From Camelus dromedarius (Eukaryota): 64,000 nt of DNA. A model generated the notes under the pieces. That model did no database searches, was not told where the DNA came from, and worked only from the letters and a program-made list of their open reading frames with translations. Numbering within the stretch: position 1 is the first letter of the stretch; the number at the start of each line of letters is the position of its first letter. Location: assembly GCF_036321535.1 (NCBI RefSeq), contig NC_087437.1, positions 55,244,001 to 55,308,000 on the forward strand, in the 5' to 3' direction. Of this stretch, positions 13,491 through 25,105 are shown in pieces. The position numbers and the translations under genes were made by a program.

Positions 13491-13645
13491 CAGGGCTCCA
13501 CAAGCAGCAGCAAGCATACAAATCACTGGTGTGTCTTGTACAAATCCAGCTTCGGTTTTAGCTGTTCTGGGGAGAGGCCTGAGATTCTGCGTTTCTAGCA
13601 AGCTCCTGGGTCATGGTGATGTGGAGCACACTTTGAGAAGCAAGG
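13491..13645 (-). mobile_element. MER5A1-like hAT-Charlie MITE
   Basis: Minus strand starts ccttgcttctcaaagtgtg; 8-bp hAT-type TSD ctctagca (13483-13490) / ctctagct (13646-13653). Confidence 0.85.
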
Positions 13646-14954
13646 CTCTAGCTGCTACATTTTCATGGATGTGATATCCTCTTTAATCTTTCTGAGGCTA
13701 TGAGTCATGAATTTTAAATGTCTTCCTCTGTATCCTCTATTTGTTTCTTGAATGTTAATACTTGTATTTAAGTTTGTAGCTTCTCTCTTCTGTTGTTGTT
13801 TTTTCTCAAAACTTATCTCTCCTTTCCTTCCTTTCCCTTTTCTTTTCTTCTTTTCTCCTTCTTTTTAAAGTTCTTGATTGTCAGAGTTACCTATAGCTTA
13901 CCTGCTTCTGTGCATTGGCTGAGAAGCAAGCCTTCTGCTCAGAGGAGTACGGGGTAGCGAGGATTGAGGTGTGGGGGTTCTAAATCCAGTCCCATCCCAA
14001 CTTCAGAGCGGACATTCACTGCTTTAGCACATGGGTAAAACCACTGCTACCAACTGGTTAGCACAAGCTGGGGGTAGGGCTGGCCAGCATGGCTAAGAGG
14101 TTAGAAACAATTAAAGTAACATTTTCAAGTGTCTGTGGCATGAAAGGCACTACTCCACGTGCTACCATGGATGAACGCATTTAATGGACGGAACTAGTCA
14201 AACTTTGAAAATCTAAACCACATCAACTCTTCCTTTCTGTACTTTCAGTCCCTCTAACTTACTTAGATTGAGAAGCACAATTTGTCTTTATTCTCATCGT
14301 AAACTCTGAGTTCTTCATTTCTGAGAGTAAATGGAAAGATGCAGAAGACATCGTCATTTAGATGAAATAGATCAAATATGCCAGGATGACTTCAAAGCTA
14401 AACCCTGTAAAATGAGGAGGGAACAGAGTAAAGAGAGTAAGAGAAAGGAGGAGAAGAGAGAAGAAACAAAAAGAAGTCAGAGAGAAAGTGTCAAAGAAGA
14501 GGAGACAGGGAAAAGAAAACAGAGTGAAGGTAAAATTTGCACAGCGGTGGGGAATTTAGCTGTGTTTTGCTTGGTGTTAGTTTTTGACCTGCCTTAAGTG
14601 CTTCCAAATCTCTGCAAACAAGAAGATTAATTGAGTAGCCCTTGACATTCAGAGAGAGCTCTGCTGTGGTGACCTTACAGACATAACCGGGGAGAACAGG
14701 GGGAATATTAATTTTGGCTTACAAAAAGGCAGATTTTCATACATTTATAGGAGGGACATCTTGTTCTGTGCTGTATGGATTATTTCTGTGAGCTGAATAA
14801 AACGGTCTCTTATTTTGTGAGCGTATAGGGATTTCATTGGCAATATTTACCTAGATGCCAAAGAAGAGGCTGTTTAAATCTGAGCACCTGACTGATTTGA
14901 ACTTGCAGCTTAATGTGATCTTTCATCTATGGGATTTTTCCTATAATTTTCCAG

Positions 14955-14979
14955 ATGTGGATGGACAATGGAGAGACAG
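14955..14979 (+). CDS. Candidate 25-nt microexon ((D)VDGQWRD(R))
   Basis: Acceptor tttttcctataattttccag|, donor CAG|gtgaaa; phase 1 in and phase 2 out bridges exons 10734 and 22109 in frame. Confidence 0.35.
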
Positions 14980-15359
14980 GTGAAACCATCTGTATTTTGG
15001 ATTCAGGCTACTAATTTCCAGTATGTTGTGTTCTGGGAATTTTGAAGCTCACACACTTAAAAACATATCCCGTTTTTTTTTTTTTTAAGGCATTTGTTTT
15101 GCAGAGGAAACACAATCCCAATTTTCTATATTTATCAAAATCTATTTCTTTAGAGTTTGATATTTACTGTGCCTCCAGGAGCTGTTCTAATTGTTTTTAA
15201 TTAAGATCAAACAGTATCGTTTTTAGTAAAGAAAGCATTCCAAAAGAAAGATATGGTCAGAGCAACACTTGGGCTGCTGGCTTTGTGTGCATCGACCAGC
15301 ACTTTTAATCAACTGTTCATTTTTCAGATTGTCACTTGAGTCTCACTCAAAAGACAGCC

Positions 15360-15620
15360 TCTAAACACACTGAGCTCCTACCATGGGCTTAATCCTACAC
15401 TCCAGCCCTGGGACACAAAGATAATTTCGGGGTCCTCAGAGTCCTATAGGGAGGCAGACCTGGAAGTGGAGTGCTATGTATGACACATTACTTGTGCTGG
15501 AGGAGGGTTATGCACAGGGCATCATATGAGACAAGCAGAGTGAGGGGTCCTCCCTCCGCCTGAGTAAGTGAAAGTACAGGACAGACAACCTTCCACGTGG
15601 GTCTCACAGGTGAATAGATC
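15360..15620 (-). mobile_element. L2 fragment
   Basis: actgagctcctaccatgggc..ctgggacacaaagataa..cctcagagtcctatagggaggcagac. Confidence 0.6.
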
Positions 15621-16669
15621 TTCTTCAGTACAATTAGGCCTTCCTTATACTTCCTCTTATACTCCATAACTGCCCCCGGCTTCTCCTGCTCACTCCACTA
15701 CTATCTGAATCCCCCACTTTTAAAGCTTTGTTTATAAACAACAACAACAAAAAAAAAACCTATTGAAAGTGCTCTAAGATTATCTTTTACATGGTGCTTA
15801 GGGAGTCTTGGGTTGGACCAGCCTGTTTCAAGCCCATGGTTTTGGGATTCAACTTGCTATTTATCCTGCGGCAGTCCCTCCGCCTCCTCACTGACTCCTG
15901 CTTGCATCTTAAGTTTGCGTCATTTGTTCTGAGGAACACGATTCTGTGAGTTATGGCACCGAAGTTCACCTAGGCGTAATTAATTATCTCCTGGTGTCAC
16001 TTGTGTGGGTGGCCGATCCCTAAAAGGGGAAAGGTTTTAAATGTCAGTGTTTTTGGAGATGATGGGTAGGGCTGAATCTCTGTGCATGTCAGTGCTGTTA
16101 GGGGTGGTGAGAGAAGCACACAATGTCCCTTCTTTACGAGTGATAACCCCCTCGCTGTCATCCATCACTGAAGCCTTCCTCCTTGCTCTGGTCAAGGTGG
16201 GAAGCAAGCTCATCCATCCTGGAGGAGCATACGGGGCGACCTTAGATGACTGGTATCAGTTCTGCAGGTTGCTCCTCCAGTTCCAGGGCATCATATCCAT
16301 CCTGTGTCATGTATATTGATTGTAGCCTTCCTCGCAGAGAAGCTGGCTCACAACTAGGGTACCAGCATAATTATTTTGGCCCCTGCCTGCTGAGAGAGGA
16401 CAATGAAAGAGTGAGAGAGGCTGTGTGAAGGTGAAACAGAGACTTGATCTGCAGTGGCTACTGTCTCATTTGTCCTGGTTACCTACAAGGCTCTGTCTGC
16501 AGTGACACAGGTCACCTTGTGCCTTTTGATTGCCAGTCTAGGAGAGGCTGCCTGTGGTGGCAGATTTGAGTCCCAATCACTGACAAGATTTCTAATGGTG
16601 GGTAAGGGGAGAATGGGGAGTCAGACCAGAGCACAGATACTGTGTGGCATATTCAAAATTGGGTCTTGG

Positions 16670-17609
16670 AAATGGCCAAGAGGTACATGAAAAGATGCTC
16701 AACATCATTAATCATGAGGGAAATGCAAATCAAATCCATAATGAGATATCACTTCATGACTATTAGAATGGCTATTATCAAAAAGATAAGAGACAAGTGT
16801 TGGTGAACCTGTGGAGAAAAAGAACACTTGTGGACTGTTGAAGGCAATGTAAATTGGTGCAACCATATGGAAAATAATATGGAAATTCCTCAAAAAATTA
16901 AAAATAGATCTACTATATGATCCAGCAATTCTACTTCTGGGTAGATAACCAAACAAAATGAAATTACTGTCTTGAAAAGAGATCTGTACCCCCATGTTCA
17001 TTGCAATACTATTCACAATAGCCAAGACATAGAAACGACCTAAGAGTCCATCAACATATGAATGCATAAAGAAAATGTGATATATATTTACAATGGAACA
17101 TTATTCAGTCATAACAAAGAAGAGAATTCTGCCATTTACAACAACATGGATGGACCTTGAGGGCATTATGCTAAGTGAAATAAATCAGACAGAGAAATAC
17201 AAATACTGTAGGTTCTCCCTTATATGTGGAATCTAAAAAAAGTCAAACTCAAAGAGATAGAGAATAGAGTTGTGGTTCCCAGGGGCTGAGGGGTAGAGGA
17301 AATGGGAAGATGTCAGTCAAAGGGTACAAACTTCCAGCCAGAAGAAGAACAAGTTATAGGAATCTAATGTAGAATGTGATGACTGTAATTAACAATACTG
17401 CATCATGTACTTGAAAGTTGTTAAGGGAATAGATCTTAAAAGTCATCACCGCACACAAAAATATTGTAATTATCCTAGGGGATGAAGGTGTTAACTAACC
17501 TTATTGTGGTAATCATTTTTTGCAATATATATGTATATCAAATCATGTTGTACACCTTAAACTTACATATGGTATATGCCAATACTGTCTTAATAAACAT
17601 GGAGAAAGC
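16670..17609 (+). mobile_element. L1MA9-like 3' end (ORF2 C-terminus + 3'UTR)
   Basis: atgaaaagatgctcaacatc..gaaatgcaaatcaaa through tgttgtacaccttaaactta..aataaa; 11-bp TSD ttgggtcttgg at 16659-16669 and 17610-17620. Confidence 0.92.
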
Positions 17610-17649
17610 TTGGGTCTTGGTAGCCTATCTCTCCCTCACCCTTGCATTC

Positions 17650-17770
17650 AGAGTAGCTCATCAAACATTCATAGAATGTCTTTGTTGTGATAGGCACTGT
17701 GCTGAGTGTTGGGGACCCAGATACAAAGAAGACAGACTCCCACCCTTCAGGAGAGTTTGAATTCATGGAT
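17650..17770 (-). mobile_element. L2 3' fragment
   Basis: caaacattcatagaatgtctttgttgtgataggcactgtgctgagtgttgggga. Confidence 0.65.
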
Positions 17771-18549
17771 GAGTTCTCTGTATCTCTGTGTCTAATCAGT
17801 CTTCATCCTTTCAAAATCTCTTGAATCACTCCCATCTTTTCCATCCCCTCTTGGAAGCTTCATCCTCCATGGTCCTCCCTGGGCTTTGTTTTAGGGCAGC
17901 ATTACTCTCTCTCTGTCATGGTCGGGTGGGTCCCTCTCCCCTGATGCTTTTGTTCAAGAGTGTATGATGAAAAGAGGAATGTGTTTTCATCCCTGAGTTC
18001 TCATTGCTCCTCTCAGGGAGTGGGTGTTCAGAGGAAGTGGTTCAAATGATGAATCTCTAAGCTTGTGTCCATCTCACCTTCTTTCATTCAGTGTCATTTC
18101 CAAGTCAGGACAGAGGAATCTCAGACAAGACTTGACTTCAGATGAAATTCTCTGGTGACGGAGACCTTGATGCCAGGAGAAGGGAGTTTGTTCAGGGCCC
18201 AGGTCTGCCTCTGATTTTCACTTTGTATGAATCATCTGACTTTTCTTGGCTGCTAGTTATATCTGCAAAATTTTCTCACTTCCATTGTGGAGTGGGCATG
18301 ATAAGACATAGACAAACCCACTCACGGCTTGGTAAATTCTTATTTTCGTACGTAGATTCATCTGACAAACATTTACTGGGCACCAACTGTCTAAGAGGCT
18401 CCTCCCATGAAACTTTGCATATGGAATCTCCATTGCTCCTATCAAAGTGCTTACTCTCCAATCAATAAACCTTCTGCTCTCCCATCCCCATGCTCTTCCC
18501 TCTGCTTGGCAGGCATCAACCCCTGCCCTTCCCCTCTGCCTCTATTTTT

Positions 18550-18820
18550 ATTTTTTTTCCCTAAATGCTCAGTTTCTTTTCTCGACGGTTATCTCCTCTG
18601 TGAAGACTTTTCTAGACCCTCTTCCCTCCACTCCCAGTGGAGCTCTGGTGGCACTCCATTTCTTCTCTCCAGTGGCACTTGTGTGCTCAGTGCAGTTAGG
18701 GACCTTCATGTCTTACCCTCCTACTAGACCGTGGGGTCAGTAAGAGCTGGCTCCCCCATAGGATTTAGCACTGAGCCTTACCCATCCTAGATGCTCAGCA
18801 ATGAGTGTTGCACTGATTTA
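18550..18820 (+). mobile_element. L2 3' fragment
   Basis: atctcctctgtgaagacttttctagac..cctactagac..agcactgagcc..gatgctcagcaatgagtgttg. Confidence 0.55.
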
Positions 18821-18849
18821 TCCCTGCTTCCTCCTAGGACAGTCTACAG

Positions 18850-20188
18850 CAGTAGCGCTCAAACATTTTGGCCTCAGGACTTCTTTGCATTCTTTAAAGT
18901 TACTGAGGACTCTAAACGTTTTTGCTTATATAAGTTATACCTACTCATATTTATTCTATTAGAAATTAAAACTGAGATGTTTAAAAAAATTCACCAATTC
19001 ATATATTTTCAAAAGAGAGAAGTATTATTTTACATTTTTGTAAATCTCCTTAAAGTCTTGAGACTTGTCATTTTTCTTATCTTCTATTATATTCAATCTG
19101 CAATAATATGTTGTTTAGTTACAGTAGATGAAGGAAATTCTGCCTTAAACATACATGCAGTTTAGAAGGGGTGGAATATTTAAATAATAGTGTTTTCAGA
19201 TAATTGTAGATCTTTTTCTTTGCTACTACATCAAAAGTTCAGTATGTGGTGGTTTCATAAAGTTAGTTGCATTATGGAATCTGGAACCAATTTTGTACTC
19301 AGATATGTTAAAATCTACTAATCTATCTCGCATTTTAAGTGGACATTTTGCCAATGCATGGTTTTGTAACACCATGCATTGGCCGTTTGGAAAATATTGG
19401 TTTACTGACGTATACTGATCTTTTAAATGTTGACACATTTCTTCCTGAAATTCAAATAGTCACATTTGTTACTATCACCACGGACCTAATCAGAAAAGTT
19501 TTAAGTATTGTGAAGCAGTGAAGTTTATGCTGGTGGATACACATTTTTCAACACTCTACATTTTGAACAAAAGCTTGAATGTATGATTGGCAAAAGGCAT
19601 TGTCAATTTTGCCCTTGAAGTGACATCCTCACTTTGTTCATTATTAAGAAAACATCTGCCAAATACTGAGGTTTAAACAACCACAGTTTGTCAGCCCTTC
19701 TCTCAGGTAAAATTAGAAAAAGCAACTGGTGTAGCTCAGAGTTCGATCGTATCACTACTTTTCCCTGAGACAATTATTATACTTAGGTAGGCAGCAAAAG
19801 TGCTTTACACACATTTCTGCTTTTGTCACGGAATATAAAAAGATGTGTACTCAAGGTCCTAAGTTTAATAAAATAAATAATTCGAACTGCTTCCTTAAAG
19901 GCATTCTTAAGAAAATTTATTTTTTTTAAAAAGTGTTTTTTTAAAAAAACATAGCAATGAAGATGACAGCGACGATGAGTCCAGTTTGCTTTCAATGCCC
20001 TGATACGTGCTAAGACCTCAGAAATTTGTCCTCACTGTGTTTTCTGTACCATTGATTCAAATATTGACACGGTGAAAATGGCAGATACTATCTTAGCATT
20101 ATGGTGAAAACAACTTTGACCTTGTAGGCCCCCTCAAAGGGTCTCAAAGTCCCCCAGGAGTCCTTGGATGATACTTTGAGAACCACTG
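18850..20188 (-). mobile_element. Charlie1a-like hAT DNA transposon (non-autonomous, about 1.34 kb)
   Basis: TIRs cagtagcgctcaaa / tttgagaaccactg; 8-bp TSD gtctacag (18842-18849) / atctacag (20189-20196); minus end matches the recalled Charlie1 5' consensus. Confidence 0.9.
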
Positions 20189-21339
20189 ATCTACAGGATG
20201 GGCATCTATATTTTGCCCCCCTTATGTATTCATCTTTACTAGGAATGAAGAGACTCATTTGTGCTAGATCTCTACTGAAGATCTCGGGGAGAGAGATTTT
20301 TATCCTTGATTTGACTACTTTCTGCAATTTCATTCTTTCCTTGGTTTACACATTACATCTTTGGATTCAACAGGAGTCGGTGACCTATTCAGAGGACCCC
20401 AGAGCTAAGACTTATCAAGTGACTGAGTGCCTGAGGCACATGGCGCATAAAAGAGTGGGGTCAGAGAAAGCACGGAGGAAACAAGGTTTGGAAAGAAATA
20501 ACAGGAGAATGAAAAGACCTAAGGAGAGAAGGCAGGAAGGGAAAAAATGAAGAAAAAGACAGTAAAAGGAAAGAACAGAAGACAAAGGGAAGAGGGGCTC
20601 CCAGGGTGAGAGGCACGACGCAATCTGTTGAAAGGTCTGAATCAGGAGGTTGGGTTCAGTGGGACAACTTCTAGCCTTGATCTTTGCAAGAGTCAGCATC
20701 CTCTCCGGACCACACATTTCTCCTTCTGCAAAAGAAGGGAAGGAACGGTGCTGGAGGTGGACAAGAACATCCACAGATGGGCTCCAGGGGTCCCTGCACT
20801 CCCAAAGTTGTGAGCAAGATCTTGTGTATCCATGGGTTTTTTGCTTGTTTATTAATTTGTTTTTTAGGGCAGGGAGTGGGTTGTTTTCATCAGATACTCA
20901 AAGGTTTCTCTACCAATCTGAAGAACCACCAACTTGGTAGGTTCACGATCTTTTCTAGCCCTAAAACTTTATGATTCTTTTATGCAAGGGGACTCTGTAA
21001 ACTGATCCTAAAATTGTTTCCCGACCTTAGAGGTTCACTTCCAGTGTCTGTGAACGTGAAATCTCTGGCCTCTCTAATGATTTGTTTTTTCTTATGGAGG
21101 AAAAAGGAAAGAAGCAATCCCTGGGAGTCTCGGACCCTGTCACACCACAGTGCCCAGCAGGTAGGACGGGTGGGGAATCCGAGTGTCCGGGGGCCCCGGA
21201 GCACAGCTGCTGGCCACAGTGTGCAGGCGAACAGAGACGGCTTTCCTCCGCGTGCCAGGGCTTCAGCTCCTCCGGTCTCAGTTTGTTGACTTAGTCCCAG
21301 GGAAGGAACAAAGCTGGCCAAGTCCAATGAATGGCCGGC

Positions 21340-21450
21340 AGTGGAAAAGCAGTGCTGCTGTCTGCTGGCAGCCGGGCGGCCGACACCACACGTGGTCGGC
21401 GCCCCCCCAGCGGCGCTCTCCCTCCCCCGCCATGGCTGGCTTTGGCAGGC
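21340..21450. promoter_or_regulatory. Small CpG-rich patch with E-box and CTCF-like motif
   Basis: CACGTG at 21389-21394, gcgcccccccagcgg at 21399-21413, locally dense CpGs in a CpG-poor background. Confidence 0.45.
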
Positions 21451-22108
21451 GCTGCCAGGCCTGAGAATGCAGGAAGTTTTGGGTCACGGTGACCTCTAGT
21501 TGCTGATGCCAGATGAAATATGCCCTGGAGGTTCTCCAGGGTCACATGGTGTGTGGTGCAAGAGAAGGCAGGGCTGCTCTTGCGCTGACAGAGTGGATTT
21601 TGGCTCCAACATGGCACCCCTTGGGGAGTAGGAGGGGCTGTGGGTGGGAGAGGGAGGGCGGCCGGGGTGGTGGCGTGACAGTGGGTAACAGGGAGAAGCA
21701 GTCTTGCTTTCTTTTACCCTCTTTAGCCTCCCAGGAAGCCACTTGGTCCTAGAGGTGAAGACGTAGCCCCCAGTCTGTGGCACAGAAACTCAGGGAAAGG
21801 TTTCTATGTATTTTTGTTGTTTCTATGACAGGATGGGTGAGCTTCTGGCTTTGTTCATGCTGGGCCTCATAGCTGGAAAAAAGCTCTGTAATAAGTGGGG
21901 CTTGACTTGCCCCTCAGGAGCTCAACTGCTCAACATGGAAGGAGCGCGGAGCACGCCCGCCCAGGGATCTGCTCTGTCTGGTCCTGGACTGGCCTTCAGC
22001 CACCATCTGGGCAAACAAGGTCCCTGCCCTGCCGTTCCTCCCTGCTGAATCTCTCTTCACCTTGTTCTTACATGTTGGGTTATCTAATCCCCTCCTTCTG
22101 AACCCCAG

Positions 22109-22459
22109 ACCCCTAGAGAAGGCACAGCTGTACCCAAACGAGGCATCTACCAGAAGGCCAATGACGGACACCTGTCATCTGTCCCACCTAGACCCATGGC
22201 GCCCCAATACAACCAGTCCCTTTGCCTTGACCTGGGCAGAGGGAAGGAGCTTGGCTACTTTTGCTTTCAAGAATCAGGAACAGAGGCCTAAAATGGAAAC
22301 AGCTGAAAAGAAAGACGCCAAGTCAAAAACAAGATCCAGCTGGAGGAGGTCAGCCCCGATAAGCAGGCTGACCACAGACTTGAAAAAGAGGTCAGGCCCC
22401 AGGAGCTGGGCTGGAGCAGCACGCAGTGTTTTTGCCAAGGGAAGACAATGGCCTGTGAG
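22109..22459 (+). CDS. Candidate 351-nt exon (PLEKAQLYPNEA..GRQWPV) of the same unidentified gene, possibly upstream ANKFN1 (unverified)
   Basis: Branch-like ctaat plus pyrimidine tract plus ccccag| acceptor; donor GAG|gtaggt; length divisible by 3; open in the phase-2 frame (ORF 22062-22463); non-repetitive. Confidence 0.5.
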
Positions 22460-22818
22460 GTAGGTGGGCTCTGCTGTCCCACCCCACACCCTCTGAGTTA
22501 GCACAGGGGAGCCTTGCTGGTGTCCCCGTTCTCTGCTGATGGCCCGAATTCCTCATCTTGGTTCAAAGGGAGATAGGAAGGGTACGGCTGGGAATCTAGA
22601 GGACAGGGGTCTATGGGGAAAATGAAACACATCATTTGAAGGCCAGCTCCATCTCCAAGAGCCCTTGCCGTGTCGCTCCCCATGGGTCCTGGCTTCACCT
22701 CTCTACCCTACTCATTGTACTTCATAGTTTGTGTACAGCATACGTCTCAGACTGTCACAGAGCAGATTATTTGGTAATAGTGGTGACCAATATTTCTACA
22801 CTGTATCTCTACTAGAAT

Positions 22819-23015
22819 TTTCTTTCTTTTTCTTTTCTTTTTTTTTAATTCTTTTTTTTACATTTTTTAATTGAGTTATAGTCATTTTACAATGTTGTGT
22901 CCTTCCTTTTTTTTTTTTTAACCGAGCATGACTTTAATTTTTTAAACATCATGGTATGAAACTAGAAATCAACCACAGAAAGAGAAATAAGAAAGAAAAA
23001 ACAAAGATTGTATGG
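22819..23015. mobile_element. Composite L1 insertion: minus-strand L1 tail(s) plus plus-strand ORF2 endonuclease fragment
   Basis: Poly-T then ttgagttatagtcattttacaatgttgtgt; 22947-23015 translates HHGMKLEINHRKRNKKEKTKIVW, similar to the L1 EN-domain end (SDHNGMKLEIN). Confidence 0.75.
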
Positions 23016-23130
23016 ATTCTAGTAGAAAAATTGATTGCTTTTGCAAATATGAACTCTTTTATCCTTCCTCTGTGGTGACCCTGAGAATCAGCTAGAACAG
23101 TTATTGGTAATCTGCTTTAAACAGAGGCAA

Positions 23131-23270
23131 GGTGGGAGGGTACATAGCTCAGTGGTAGAGTGCGTGCCTAGCATCCACAAGGTCATGGGTTCAGTCGCCA
23201 GTACCTCTACTTAAAAAATAATATAAGTAAGCAGAATTACCTTCCCCCACAAAAAATTAAAAAGTATATA
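23131..23270 (+). mobile_element. Camelid tRNA-derived SINE (Vic-1 type)
   Basis: A box tagctcagtggtaga, B-box-like gggttcagtcgc, A-rich tail; TSD aaacagaggcaa (23119-23130) / aaatagaggcaa (23271-23282). Confidence 0.9.
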
Positions 23271-24884
23271 AAATAGAGGCAAACTAGTACAAAAAGCACA
23301 GATGTTGATTCCATCAGATAAGGGTTTGAATACAAATCTTATCTCTGGGTGACCAGGTGTCCTGGTCAGTCCAAGGCAGCAGTTGGTGTCCCCAAGAGAG
23401 ACCCGTACCTTCTTATTTGTTAGTGGAGTCACTAGCTTCCCCCACAACCGACATTTTTGGTAAAAGAAAATCCTGCCCTGTGCACGCAGAAAAAGATTAT
23501 TTTGGAGGTGTCGTATTTTTACCAGCATGCTGAGCAAATGCCATGGTTTTCTAGCATCAAAACAAGTTTATTCCAAAGTTTCTTTTGGAAATGTGAAGGC
23601 AGTGAACTCTGCCAGTCTTCACATTACAGCTCTCCTTGGCACCCGTGCCCCTGGGTCATTACCACTCGTCTGGACACATCCCTGCACCCCTGTCCCACTT
23701 TGACTTGTCTCTCTTTTCCCTTCTGTATGTTACCCCTTCCAACCATTTGCTTTGCTCCCTTGAAGCGTGCCTGTCCATGCTGGAAAACTCACATTTTCAG
23801 TCTCTTCATTGAGTTCCTTCTTTATTTTCTGCCTTAACTGAAACCTGGTCTCGCCCGGGGGTACAGCTCATCTGGATGTGCTCTTACTTGAACTTCCCAC
23901 ACTGTTTTCTTAAGTCTTACCCTGAAGTTAGAGCCTTGTGAACTTTTCCTATACCCCACAGTGCTGCCTCCAAATCATTGTTCTTTCTCCTATTCCCTGT
24001 TTCTTTCAAAGAAACACAGTATTTGGCTACACCATCCAGTTCCTCCACATTCCACCCCCACCCGCACTGCCAACCATGGCCCTCTTAATCTCTCCCCACT
24101 TGTTGGAGACTTAGGCACACAACTGCTGTTCTCCCTCCTGCTCTAAGTTCTGCCTCTGAACTGGGTGGTCCCTATCTACAGGGCTGTCCAACTCCTTGAC
24201 TTTCACAAACTTCAGGATTTCTTCCTTTGACCATAAACCTCTATCTTTCCATCTCTCTCCCACTTATACATAATCTGTCTTCAAGTTGGGTCCTGCTGAT
24301 TCTAATGTTTCATTGACCTCATTGCCTAAATAGAGGCCCTTATCACTTCATATCTGAACAATTGCAATATTTTTCTACGTAAAATTCCTGCCTCTACGTT
24401 TTATAGTCCTGAAAGATTATTAAAGAAGAAAAAGGAATCAGATGATACCTGACTGAGGATTTTAGGCAGATGATTTCCGCCTAAAATTCTTCCATGGATC
24501 CCCAAAGCTTTCAGGATAAAGGTTAGATTTCTTAGTGCATTGCTCCCCCCGCCCCCGATATTCTCTTTGCTACTCTGCTTTGTCTTATTTTCACTACTCT
24601 CCTAACTTTTTACTTTTTGCCCCAGTTGTAGGGAACTATTGGCAGTCTCTCAAGTACCAGGGTCTCTCAAAGCTCACTGCATTGGTGAATGCTGCTTTTC
24701 CTACGTGTTTCTTTTGCTGTGGCTAATTTCTGCTTGTGTTTGTTTAAAGACTCAGCTCAGGTACCATCTCTTGCAGGAATGTTTTTTCCTGATGCTTGTG
24801 GCGTAGTTTGGTTTTTCCTCTGAGTTTCTACATCACCTCACATCATGGTTCTGAACTTCACTTTGCCCCCAAACAACTAGACCC

Positions 24885-25105
24885 CAGAGTTGGTAAACTA
24901 TGGCCCATGGACCAAATCCGGCATCTCAGTTGTTTTTGTAAATAAAGTTTAATTGGAACACAGGCACACTCATTCATGTACATATTCTGCATGGCTGTTT
25001 TGAGATTATAAGAGCAGAAGTGGTTGGTTGTGACAGAGTCTCCACAGTCCACAGAACCGAAATATTTCTCACCTGGCCCTTTGCATAAAATGTTTGCAGA
25101 CCCTG
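24885..25105 (+). mobile_element. MER58A-like hAT-Charlie MITE
   Basis: cagagttggtaaactatggcccatggaccaaatccggc..tttttgtaaataaagtttt..gtttgcagaccctg with TIR-like ends. Confidence 0.9.

Noticed and set aside
14331..14597. Charged K/E/R-rich ORF
   Set aside because: Derived from GA-rich low-complexity sequence; no supporting splice structure.
16130..16330. Coding-like minus-strand stretch (MTQDGYDALELEEQPAELIPVI*)
   Set aside because: Short, stop-interrupted, no recognisable homology, poly-A or TSD.
23135..23210. tRNA gene (A/B boxes)
   Set aside because: Followed by an A-rich tail and flanked by TSDs, with diverged sister copies nearby; it is a SINE.
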